A DNA stretch of 24,594 bases from a virus (IMGVR_UViG_3300020045_010569:1-24594), one strand, 5' to 3'. Counted from the stretch's first letter, positions 13,861 through 21,673 are shown. Program-made: numbers and translations. The notes: generated from the sequence alone by a model not told the origin.

Positions 13861-14934
13861 ATGGGATTTTACGATATACAATCTTATCAAAAGAAAATGC
13901 GTGTTCTCAGAGAGAATGGCGAGATTATACCCATTAAGTTTGGTTTTGAAAGTTGGAATCAATATGATAAAGAACGTTTAATAATGGGTAGTAGAAAAGC
14001 CACTGTACTAATCGGAGGAGAACCAAATCACGGCAAGTCAGCGTTTGCCAATGAGTTAGTAATGCAGTTGATAGAATTACACAGTTTTAAGGTGGCTATA
14101 TTTACAACAGAATCGGGAGAAGTAGAAAAAGTGTTTAGTAATTTTTGTGGCCTATACCAAGGAAAGCCCTATTCAAAGATTCGGCCAGATGGAAAAGTAA
14201 ACAATTACGCTATGACTGATGATGAATGTACGGAGGCTGAATATTTTTTATTGGATAAGCTTTATGTTTTCAAACAAGATCGGAAAGACACTAAATATCA
14301 AACTTTAGATAATATCTACAAAAAGGTGGCCGAGGCCGAAAATTTATACAATGTTAAATTTGACTGTTTGGTGATAGATCCTGTTTATGACGTAGACGAT
14401 TTTGAACCAAAGGCCAATGAAGTATTAAGAGTCTTAAATAGGTTTAATTTAGAGGCTGAAGAAAACAACCGTTTTGATATTATGGTTAACCACGTAGCAG
14501 ACACCCATAAAAGCTACGATATGAAAACTGGAAAGCGTAGAAAAACAGTTGCATTAGCCGATGAATTTTACGGAGGTAAGAACAATAACAGAAAGGCCAT
14601 GTTACAATTATTAGTTAGTAGGCCAGAGCCGTGTGATGGTGAAGGAGACCAACCCGTAGTATTAGAAAACCAAACTAATATACACGTTTTGAAAGTTAAA
14701 CCTGAAGGAGTGGCCAAATGGGGTGTATATCCAATTTATTATGATTGGCGAAGAAGAAGATATTACGAAACTTTTGATGGTGAAGATGGATACTCAATAT
14801 CAAAGTACTCAAATAACACTAAATTTAGCGACAAACACCCCACAAAAAGCATCGATGTTTATAAAGTGGTAGTTACACCCCAAGAAGCCTTTGAAATGCC
14901 TAAAAATGATGATGAATTTGATTTTCCGTTTTAA
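13861..14934 (+). CDS. DnaB-like (SF4) replicative helicase
   Basis: Walker A GEPNHGKS, FTTESG, Walker B LVIDP, VNH, LKVK; follows the initiator. Confidence 0.85.
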   Translation: MGFYDIQSYQKKMRVLRENGEIIPIKFGFESWNQYDKERLIMGSRKATVLIGGEPNHGKSAFANELVMQLIELHSFKVAIFTTESGEVEKVFSNFCGLYQGKPYSKIRPDGKVNNYAMTDDECTEAEYFLLDKLYVFKQDRKDTKYQTLDNIYKKVAEAENLYNVKFDCLVIDPVYDVDDFEPKANEVLRVLNRFNLEAEENNRFDIMVNHVADTHKSYDMKTGKRRKTVALADEFYGGKNNNRKAMLQLLVSRPEPCDGEGDQPVVLENQTNIHVLKVKPEGVAKWGVYPIYYDWRRRRYYETFDGEDGYSISKYSNNTKFSDKHPTKSIDVYKVVVTPQEAFEMPKNDDEFDFPF

Positions 14935-14943
14935 AATAAAAAT

Positions 14944-15354
14944 ATGAGCAATTTAGATAAAAATTTTAAACTTTGGCGTGATAGATACGATGACAGAATT
15001 TACACGTTAGACGATAAAGAAAACGAGCAAATAATAAAAAACAGATGTGATTATATTTTTGCTAAGATTGAAATACTTTTAGGCCAGACAGATAAAAAAG
15101 TTGTTGAAAAGGCCATTAAAAATTTAGTTCCTGAAAGTATAGAATATTGCGAGGCTTATCATAAGGCTACTGAAGAAAATAAAAAAAAGGAATTTTACAA
15201 AGATTTAAAAAAAGCTTCACATTATGCAACGGCCATACGTTCTACCATTTCAGATATATTTGAATTGAAAAATAGAAGGACGTTAGAAATATTTCAACTA
15301 AGAGCCGAAAACTCAAAATTAAGAATAGAATTAAATAACTTAAAAAATAAATAA
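14944..15354 (+). CDS. Hypothetical protein with C-terminal coiled coil
   Basis: ORF track. Confidence 0.8.
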   Translation: MSNLDKNFKLWRDRYDDRIYTLDDKENEQIIKNRCDYIFAKIEILLGQTDKKVVEKAIKNLVPESIEYCEAYHKATEENKKKEFYKDLKKASHYATAIRSTISDIFELKNRRTLEIFQLRAENSKLRIELNNLKNK

Positions 15355-15356
15355 TT

Positions 15357-15698
15357 ATGGATTTAGAAGGTAGAAAAAGTAACATTTACTTTGATAAAAC
15401 AGGAAAACAAATATTACCAGGTGATTTATTGAAAATCTTTCATTTCAGAACAAAAGGCAAAATTTATTATATGTATCATGTAGCCGTTATAGAAGATACA
15501 AATGATTTTCCAGTAATGGCGGCTAAGTGCTATTCAAGCGATAAACCACACTATAGATTTTATGTTTTATGTGATAATGAACAGAGAATTTATAAAAGAG
15601 CTCAAATAGTAAGTGAATTTGATTATTTAACAAAACGAATAAAAATTAAACCAATAATTCAGGAAACGTTATCCAAAACAAAAAATACTAACAATTAA
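15357..15698 (+). CDS. Hypothetical protein (YopX-like DKTGKQILPGDLL segment)
   Basis: ORF track. Confidence 0.75.
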   Translation: MDLEGRKSNIYFDKTGKQILPGDLLKIFHFRTKGKIYYMYHVAVIEDTNDFPVMAAKCYSSDKPHYRFYVLCDNEQRIYKRAQIVSEFDYLTKRIKIKPIIQETLSKTKNTNN

Positions 15699-15707
15699 AA
15701 AATTGAA

Positions 15708-16700
15708 ATGAAACATAAATTTAATTACGATTGGACATTAAAAGATGCAATATTTACTAAAGATAAAGGCAAAGTATTTTCATGCTTTGCTTGTGGTGGC
15801 GGTTCAACAATGGGATATAAATTAGCAGGATTTGATGTTATAGGATTTAATGAGATAGATCCTAAAATGGCAGAATGCTACATTGAGAATCACAAACCTA
15901 AACACACATACATAGAAGATATTAGAATATTTAAAGAACATGATGATTTACCACAAGAACTTTATAATTTGGATATTTTAGATGGGTCACCGCCTTGTAG
16001 TAGCTTTTCAATGGCTGGTAATCGTGAAAAAGATTGGGGGAAAGAAAAAGTTTTTAGAGAAGGTCAATCTGAACAAGTTTTAGACACTTTATTTTTTGAT
16101 TTTATTGATTTAGCCGAAAAACTACAACCCAAAATAGTAATTGCTGAAAACGTAGAAGGTATTATTTTAGGAGCCGCAAAAGAATATGTCCACAAGATAT
16201 TCAATCACTTTGAAAAAATAAACTATACAGTTAAATGCTTTTTACTTAACTCAAAAAAAATGGGAGTTCCTCAAAAAAGAAAAAGAGTATTTTTTATTGC
16301 GGTTCGTAACGATTTAATTAATCAATTACCTGTTAATGATTTAATAATGTTTGATGAATTTCCTTTATTAAATTTAGAATTTAATGAGCCGGTCATTTCA
16401 ATACGAAATTTTGTAGAGTTTGAAGAAAAAAAAGAAACTCAAAATTATAGTGAAAAAAGATTTGGTGACGTATTATTAAATTTAGATGATGCCGCAAATA
16501 CAATTACTTCAGGTGTTAGATTTTGGCTAAACGAAAAGTATATTTTAAAAAGAGAATGTTATAATTTAATCGGATCCTATCCTGGTGATTATAATTTCAA
16601 AGGTCAAGATAATATTTATTTAATTGGAATGAGCGTACCTCCAATAATGACAGCTCAAATAGCATCAAGAATTTACGAACAATGGAAAACAATATTTTAA
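15708..16700 (+). CDS. Orphan DNA (cytosine-5)-methyltransferase
   Basis: Motifs I FACGGG, IV GSPPCSSFS, VI ENV, VIII QKRKRVF, X IGMSVPP. Confidence 0.93.
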   Translation: MKHKFNYDWTLKDAIFTKDKGKVFSCFACGGGSTMGYKLAGFDVIGFNEIDPKMAECYIENHKPKHTYIEDIRIFKEHDDLPQELYNLDILDGSPPCSSFSMAGNREKDWGKEKVFREGQSEQVLDTLFFDFIDLAEKLQPKIVIAENVEGIILGAAKEYVHKIFNHFEKINYTVKCFLLNSKKMGVPQKRKRVFFIAVRNDLINQLPVNDLIMFDEFPLLNLEFNEPVISIRNFVEFEEKKETQNYSEKRFGDVLLNLDDAANTITSGVRFWLNEKYILKRECYNLIGSYPGDYNFKGQDNIYLIGMSVPPIMTAQIASRIYEQWKTIF

Positions 16701-16702
16701 TT

Positions 16703-17125
16703 ATGAACAACTTAAACATTACCGAACTATTAAAGAAGCGTCAGCCACCTATCGCAACGCAATTTCTACAAACTAAGAAAGTAGAAGCAAAGCCATTTAT
16801 TAAGCCGTTGAAAGGTCCACACCAATATAACGACAAAGACCGTGATTCAGTTGAAAAATGGCTATGTTACACGTCAATAGGCACGCAAATAGTTGAAACA
16901 GGCACAAAGATGTTAGCGCATAAAGGATTATTAAAGGGAAGAGACGGCGTTTTTGATCTCATTACAGCATTCAAACAGTTAAATAAACACTTTACGGGTA
17001 ATGAAAATTACGACCAAAAAGAATTAGGTATTGATGATTTTATTTTTTCATTCCTAACATTGACAGATGAACAGCAAGTTAGGGTAATTAAGTTCCAGGA
17101 AAGCCTTATTAATAAAGCAAAATGA
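16703..17125 (+). CDS. Hypothetical protein
   Basis: ORF track 16682; ATG 16703, just after the MTase stop, is preferred. Confidence 0.75.
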   Translation: MNNLNITELLKKRQPPIATQFLQTKKVEAKPFIKPLKGPHQYNDKDRDSVEKWLCYTSIGTQIVETGTKMLAHKGLLKGRDGVFDLITAFKQLNKHFTGNENYDQKELGIDDFIFSFLTLTDEQQVRVIKFQESLINKAK

Positions 17126-17177
17126 AAAATAATTTAAAATATATTTAATTTTAGTGTTATAATTCAAAATAATGTTA

Positions 17178-17185
17178 TATCTTTG
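17178..17185 (+). promoter_or_regulatory. -7 box TATCTTTG (weak -33) followed by a small AATGAG/CTCATT hairpin
   Basis: Consensus match in an intergenic gap. Confidence 0.6.
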
Positions 17186-17230
17186 TAAGAGAAATGAGAG
17201 ACAAACCAACTCATTCTAAAAATAAACATT

Positions 17231-17458
17231 ATGAATAAAGAATCAAAAAAAATCTATGAAAAACTAGATGTAGTGGATCAAACAATTCTATTTTATTTAA
17301 AAGAAGGGATGACACAAACAGAAATTAGCGAGGCTTTTAAAAAAGCTAATCACAAACCAAATAGCTTAAGTATAATAGAAAAAAGATTAAAATCTATAAA
17401 GATTAAATTTGAGGCTAAAACTAATTTTCATCTAGCAGTAATCATTTACGGTATTTAA
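17231..17458 (+). CDS. Stand-alone LuxR-like HTH resembling the output domain of flavobacterial response regulators
   Basis: DQTILFYLKEGMTQTEIS...PNSLSIIEKRLKSIKIKFEAKTNFHLAVI. Confidence 0.75.
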   Translation: MNKESKKIYEKLDVVDQTILFYLKEGMTQTEISEAFKKANHKPNSLSIIEKRLKSIKIKFEAKTNFHLAVIIYGI

Positions 17459-17464
17459 TTTAAC

Positions 17465-17491
17465 GACCTAAGCAAGTCATAAAACTGCTTA
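17465..17491 (+). ncRNA. Compact H-type pseudoknot upstream of ATG 17498
   Basis: S1 GAC/GTC, L1 C, S2 TAAGCA/TGCTTA, L2 A, L3 ATAAAAC. Confidence 0.5.
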
Positions 17492-17497
17492 TTTATT

Positions 17498-17647
17498 ATG
17501 CACGGAGGAAAAAGATTAAATGCAGGACGACCAAAGAAATACGGTGAGCCACTTAAAAGAATGGTTATCTATTGTCCGCAAAGTAAAGAAATCGAATTAA
17601 AACAAATTATAAACGAAAAATTGAAAAATTATGAAACCAACAAGTAA
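17498..17647 (+). CDS. Small DNA-binding protein, GGKRxNAGRPK plus RHH-like region, 49 aa
   Basis: Read by hand: MHGGKRLNAGRPKKYGEPLKRMVIYCPQSKEIELKQIINEKLKNYETNK. Confidence 0.75.
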   Translation: MHGGKRLNAGRPKKYGEPLKRMVIYCPQSKEIELKQIINEKLKNYETNK

Positions 17648-18281
17648 AAAAGACTTGCCTTATATTGTTAAGGTAAATTCAAGAGAACAAGCGAAAAATG
17701 TAATTGAAAAACTTATAGAATTAGGTTTTAAAAGCGATAAACGTTGGAATGATAATGAATTAAAAGATATTTATTATAATAATTTTCCTAACAACATTTA
17801 CATTCATCTAGGTAATTATAGAGATTCAAACATTCAAATACATACACGCAATAATAACTCGGCTTTTATTTTATTTGATGAATGGCAAAATCTTACAGAA
17901 TATGATCCCAAAGATGTAGCATTTAAAAACGATGTTTATTCTAACTCTGAATTTAACAGCCAATCAAAAGTAATAGGTTATAAGCTGATTAAGGAAGAGT
18001 ATAAGAGAGCTGTAAGAGAAGTTTTAAGAAGCGTTGATTCGGATTGGTTCGATAAAGCGTTTGAATATAATTTAATCCACAAAGGATATAATTTTGTGAT
18101 ATGTGAAAAATTCAATTCAATTAATTGGCAATTAAAAAAAGCAGGAGTTATGCATTGGTTTGAAGCTGTATATCAAGACGAATCAATCACACTTAAATCA
18201 GGCAAGTTTTTAACAGCATCGGAAATTGAGGAAGTAAAAGAAATATTAAATAATGAAAACCGTAATAATAATTTAATTTAA
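17631..18281 (+). CDS. Hypothetical phage protein
   Basis: ORF track; IGYKLIKEEY and LKKAGVMHWFEAVY segments. Confidence 0.8.
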   Translation: MKPTSKKDLPYIVKVNSREQAKNVIEKLIELGFKSDKRWNDNELKDIYYNNFPNNIYIHLGNYRDSNIQIHTRNNNSAFILFDEWQNLTEYDPKDVAFKNDVYSNSEFNSQSKVIGYKLIKEEYKRAVREVLRSVDSDWFDKAFEYNLIHKGYNFVICEKFNSINWQLKKAGVMHWFEAVYQDESITLKSGKFLTASEIEEVKEILNNENRNNNLI

Positions 18282-18286
18282 ATAAT

Positions 18287-18294
18287 TATATTTG
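18287..18294 (+). promoter_or_regulatory. -7 box TATATTTG for the lipoprotein gene
   Basis: Consensus match 52 nt upstream of ATG 18347. Confidence 0.65.
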
Positions 18295-18346
18295 CATCGG
18301 GATAGCCGAAACCCTTAATAGTAGGCAATATTAAAAATAATAATTT

Positions 18347-18784
18347 ATGAAAAAGCTATTAACTTTAGCAATGATCGCAATGATCGCAGTTTCTTGTAAT
18401 AATGCAGATACACCACAATCTGTAAACCAAGAAGTAAATTCAAACTCAAAAACCAATCTACAAGCAAGGGGCGAAGGTGAGGAAATTAAAGACCCTAGTA
18501 ACCTAACAGAAGAAGAAAAAGCCGAATTAGTTGAAGAGGCTATTACAACAGTTAAGTATTTTACTGAAAATCCTGAGGTGTCAGAATTTACAACACAATC
18601 TGGAAGAAGAGCGGTAATTCTTTGTCACGATAATTATAACGCATCTTCAGGTAATGCTTGTGTTTATAATTCAAGTGGTTATCTTGTAGAAGTAACTTGG
18701 TATCCAAAACAAAGAAACAATCAAACACCTCCTGATGCAGGAATTCAATATTCAGGAACAATAGTAAGTCAATGTAACTGTTAG
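18347..18784 (+). CDS. Lipoprotein (moron) with a Cys-containing C-terminal domain
   Basis: Signal peptide II MKKLLTLAMIAMIAVS-C; four further Cys, ending QCNC; own promoter and terminator. Confidence 0.85.
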   Translation: MKKLLTLAMIAMIAVSCNNADTPQSVNQEVNSNSKTNLQARGEGEEIKDPSNLTEEEKAELVEEAITTVKYFTENPEVSEFTTQSGRRAVILCHDNYNASSGNACVYNSSGYLVEVTWYPKQRNNQTPPDAGIQYSGTIVSQCNC

Positions 18785-18808
18785 TTTTTCATATTATTTG
18801 GTTTATTT

Positions 18809-18836
18809 AGCCGATGTTTAACAGCATCGGTTTTTT
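18809..18836 (+). terminator. Intrinsic terminator
   Basis: AGCCGATGTT-TAAC-AGCATCGGTT stem with a T6 run. Confidence 0.8.
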
Positions 18837-18841
18837 GCATT

Positions 18842-18869
18842 AAAAAAGGCTAAACCTGTAGGAATAGCC
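18842..18869 (-). terminator. Intrinsic terminator of the late operon
   Basis: GGCTA...TAGCC stem followed by T6 on the minus strand. Confidence 0.6.
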
Positions 18870-18918
18870 GATTAGATAATTTCACCTCATTTTTTAATGT
18901 GATAATTAAACCACTTGA

Positions 18919-19152
18919 TTAATAATTCTCGATTAGCCCTTGAATAGCATCATAAGAATTGACTTCTAATTGAAGGGACGCTTCAAATTCTGATTTCTCA
19001 AGATCATTTAATTCTAAATATTCTTCTTCCTCAACCTCGCTATTTATAGCCGTTAAAAAATCATATTGAACTTGTGCAAATTCAAACATTAACGCCTGGA
19101 TTCTTTTTGGTCTTTTACCCATAGACTCTTTGGGTGGTGTTATTTCAAACAT
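18919..19152 (-). CDS. Acidic hypothetical protein
   Basis: ORF track. Confidence 0.65.
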   Translation of the reverse strand: MFEITPPKESMGKRPKRIQALMFEFAQVQYDFLTAINSEVEEEEYLELNDLEKSEFEASLQLEVNSYDAIQGLIENY

Positions 19153-19163
19153 ATATAAAAAAT

Positions 19164-19961
19164 TTAATATTTTACTGATAGAGATATTCTTGTGATGCTT
19201 GTTATTTCAACGATTAGATTGCTGTCTGAGAAACTTAAATCGCATTGTAATACAAAACCATTCGGAGATGGAACGGATTGACTATTTGATATTGTAATAA
19301 CATTCTCGTCAAAAGTTCCCAAAGTTCTACCCGATGGCAAAGTTATATTTTTTGAAACAAATAAATTGTTATTCGTATTCCTTAAAGTCAAATCTAAAGC
19401 TCCATTATTTCCCGAACCTTTTCCCGAATATTTACCTTGTATGCGCCATAAATTAACCTGTCCTTCAATTTCATTTTCAATTAACCTACCCGCGGGGCTT
19501 GTTCCTCTCGTAGCGTCAAAAAGACCAGCGTAAGAATTTACGGTGCTATTTGGATATTTAGTAATAGGATAAGGCGCTAACGTAGCTGATGCCGAATTAA
19601 TATCAAATGTTTTCGGTACATTTTGAGAAAAATTAGTGAGAATTAATCCTGTATAATTAGCTTTAACCTGCCCTGTTTCATTTAAGGGGTCAGGCTCCCC
19701 CGAACTAAAATTTCCCGTGTTGGAAGTTATAAAGTTTTCAAACGCATTAATATCAGCAAAATACAGGTCGTTTTCGTTTACAAATTCAGTCCATAAGTTT
19801 GATTTTAATTCGTCAGGCGTTTCTTTCCCGATAGAATAAAGCCTAAAAATATCATCATCTTCACGGCTTTTAACAAAATAACATAAACTTTTTGGGCGCT
19901 GATATACGATACTGTCAAACTCTATAATTAAATAGTTATTTTTGGTGTAAATTTTTTTCAT
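19164..19961 (-). CDS. Hypothetical, possibly virion-associated beta-rich protein
   Basis: ORF track; N/S/T/G-rich C-terminal domain after an FSSGEPDP linker. Confidence 0.7.
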   Translation of the reverse strand: MKKIYTKNNYLIIEFDSIVYQRPKSLCYFVKSREDDDIFRLYSIGKETPDELKSNLWTEFVNENDLYFADINAFENFITSNTGNFSSGEPDPLNETGQVKANYTGLILTNFSQNVPKTFDINSASATLAPYPITKYPNSTVNSYAGLFDATRGTSPAGRLIENEIEGQVNLWRIQGKYSGKGSGNNGALDLTLRNTNNNLFVSKNITLPSGRTLGTFDENVITISNSQSVPSPNGFVLQCDLSFSDSNLIVEITSITRISLSVKY

Positions 19962-20503
19962 GATATTATTGATTCAAATGTTTTGGCATAGTTTGCAATT
20001 AATTGAGCCTTATCAGTTCCGTTAATGCACCTTCTTGCACCTTTATAATCTTTTGTTTGACCGTTTATATAATCTGATATTTTCTTTCCTGTAAAGTCAC
20101 CGTTAATAAACCCGTCAATTAAAATACGAAAAGCATATTTAGGAAGCATTACTAAATCGGGATTCTTTACGAAATCTTCACTTAATTGCTTGCTGAATTT
20201 TTCATAATTAGCTTTCCATGTAATTTGAACAAAACCTCTTCCATAAAATGGAAAATAGCGAAGGTTTTTTCTTCTCCAATCTTCAGACAACCAATAAGCT
20301 TCCTTAATAGGCAGAAATGTGGCGTTTGTCTCGTGAAAAGTTGTCGCAAATACATAAGCCCATTGCGGAATACTTAATCGTTTAAACTCTTTATCTACCA
20401 TATCCAAAAATACCGTTAAAGCATTTACTTCAGATTGAGATAGTTTTTTATCAGGATCTAAATTCTGACGATAAGCATTGAAAAATAATTTTCTATTTAC
20501 CAT
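19958..20503 (-). CDS. Endolysin, glycoside hydrolase family 19
   Basis: AYVFATTFHET, YGRGFVQITWKANY and ARRCING motifs. Confidence 0.9.
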   Translation of the reverse strand: MVNRKLFFNAYRQNLDPDKKLSQSEVNALTVFLDMVDKEFKRLSIPQWAYVFATTFHETNATFLPIKEAYWLSEDWRRKNLRYFPFYGRGFVQITWKANYEKFSKQLSEDFVKNPDLVMLPKYAFRILIDGFINGDFTGKKISDYINGQTKDYKGARRCINGTDKAQLIANYAKTFESIIS

Positions 20504-20771
20504 TTCTTAACAGCTTTTTATATTTTCTTATTTCTATTTTCTGAAGCCTTACAACTTCCTCTAAACTATCAATCTTTGAATTGGTATTAGATATTTTTTT
20601 CATTATCTTTTTATCAATTTTTTTTTCAAATTTAGTAGCTAAAACAATCGCTGAATCAACCTTAGTTTTTGGCAATTCCTGTGTTTGTGAGCTTAAATTT
20701 AAATCACTATTAAACGCTTTCGGTATACTTGCAACAAAGGCAAACAACGCTATATACATTATCGTTTTCAT
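20493..20771 (-). CDS. N-terminal hydrophobic segment plus coiled coil (spanin-like lysis accessory?)
   Basis: Architecture and position next to the endolysin. Confidence 0.6.
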   Translation of the reverse strand: MKTIMYIALFAFVASIPKAFNSDLNLSSQTQELPKTKVDSAIVLATKFEKKIDKKIMKKISNTNSKIDSLEEVVRLQKIEIRKYKKLLRNGK

Positions 20772-21016
20772 TTTATTGAATCTTTAATTTGTTGTTTTTG
20801 AACTATGCTTAATAATTTCTCGTTAAGAATATCAACCTTTTTTTCTAAGTTTTTATTATTGTCTTCACATTTTTTTAAAGACTCTTGAGTTGCTATATAT
20901 TCTCTATCGGCACTTTTTAACCATAATTGGAATATAAATACTAATGCAAGAATCGTGGCAAAAGCATAAAACGCATTCTGATTTTTTTTAAACTCTGCAA
21001 AACTTGGCAAATTCAT
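20768..21016 (-). CDS. Single-TM plus coiled-coil protein (holin or i-spanin candidate)
   Basis: AFYAFATILALVFIFQLWL TM segment followed by heptads. Confidence 0.65.
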   Translation of the reverse strand: MNLPSFAEFKKNQNAFYAFATILALVFIFQLWLKSADREYIATQESLKKCEDNNKNLEKKVDILNEKLLSIVQKQQIKDSIK

Positions 21017-21028
21017 TTCTTTTTCTTA

Positions 21029-21409
21029 TTAGTTTTTATTATTATTATCGATATTATGACCTCCAATAATATTGCGTAAATATTCTCTACAATTAATTTT
21101 ATAATGTTTTGCATACTCTATTGATATTATTAAAGGAATTAATATTAAATCAGAATAGGAATAGTTCCTTTCTTGAAAGAAAAAATTTACTACAATATTA
21201 TTAATAATTATTGATATAAATACGCTTTCAATTAAACTTACAACACCATTATTAATACTTTTATATTTTAATGATAATACAATAAGTATGCAGTATATTG
21301 AAACCTTTAAATCCCAAAAACCTACAACATCATTCGGGTAAATTAAATTACATATATGATAATTTGCAAAATAAGTAAAGATTATAATTATGCCAACAAA
21401 CTTATTCAT
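21029..21409 (-). CDS. Multi-pass (about 4 TM) membrane protein
   Basis: Four hydrophobic segments; TAATG coupling to the upstream peptide gene. Confidence 0.75.
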   Translation of the reverse strand: MNKFVGIIIIFTYFANYHICNLIYPNDVVGFWDLKVSIYCILIVLSLKYKSINNGVVSLIESVFISIIINNIVVNFFFQERNYSYSDLILIPLIISIEYAKHYKINCREYLRNIIGGHNIDNNNKN

Positions 21410-21582
21410 TATTTCTTTGGTGGGTAATTTGGATTTTGAGGATCTGTATTATCAACAGGTGGTTCTAAATCATCATTTAAACCCTCTCTTTTTGTTGACT
21501 TAATTTCATCATGTATTGTTTTTCCTGCGCTTAATACAGCAAGTACAATTTTAATAATATTTAAAAAATTGAATTTTTTCAT
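21409..21582 (-). CDS. Small protein, 57 aa: amphipathic N-terminus with acidic Pro-rich tail (DDLEPPVDNTDPQNPNYPPKK)
   Basis: ATG 21582 in A-rich context preferred over TTG 21621. Confidence 0.7.
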   Translation of the reverse strand: MKKFNFLNIIKIVLAVLSAGKTIHDEIKSTKREGLNDDLEPPVDNTDPQNPNYPPKK

Positions 21583-21601
21583 TTTATATAATTTTATTGT
21601 T

Positions 21602-21673
21602 TTATAATTCATTAACAGCAAGAGCGAAAACCACCCCTGCTGTTGCTAAATCTAATATTTTTATCTTGTTCAT
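21602..21673 (-). CDS. Possible 23-aa hydrophobic peptide (MNKIKILDLATAGVVFALAVNEL)
   Basis: ATG 3 nt after the tailspike stop; fills the gap. Confidence 0.35.
   Translation of the reverse strand: MNKIKILDLATAGVVFALAVNEL

Noticed and set aside
7106-16700. Complete restriction-modification system
   Set aside because: Neither MTase has an adjacent cognate endonuclease; orphan MTases are common in phages.
18368-18388. 9-bp tandem repeat GCAATGATC in the lipoprotein signal peptide
   Set aside because: In-frame duplication (AMI-AMI) that only lengthens the hydrophobic core; no switching potential evident.
20186-20787. + strand ORFs 20186..20377 and 20581..20787
   Set aside because: Antisense to the endolysin and lysis genes, with non-ATG starts and no supporting signals.
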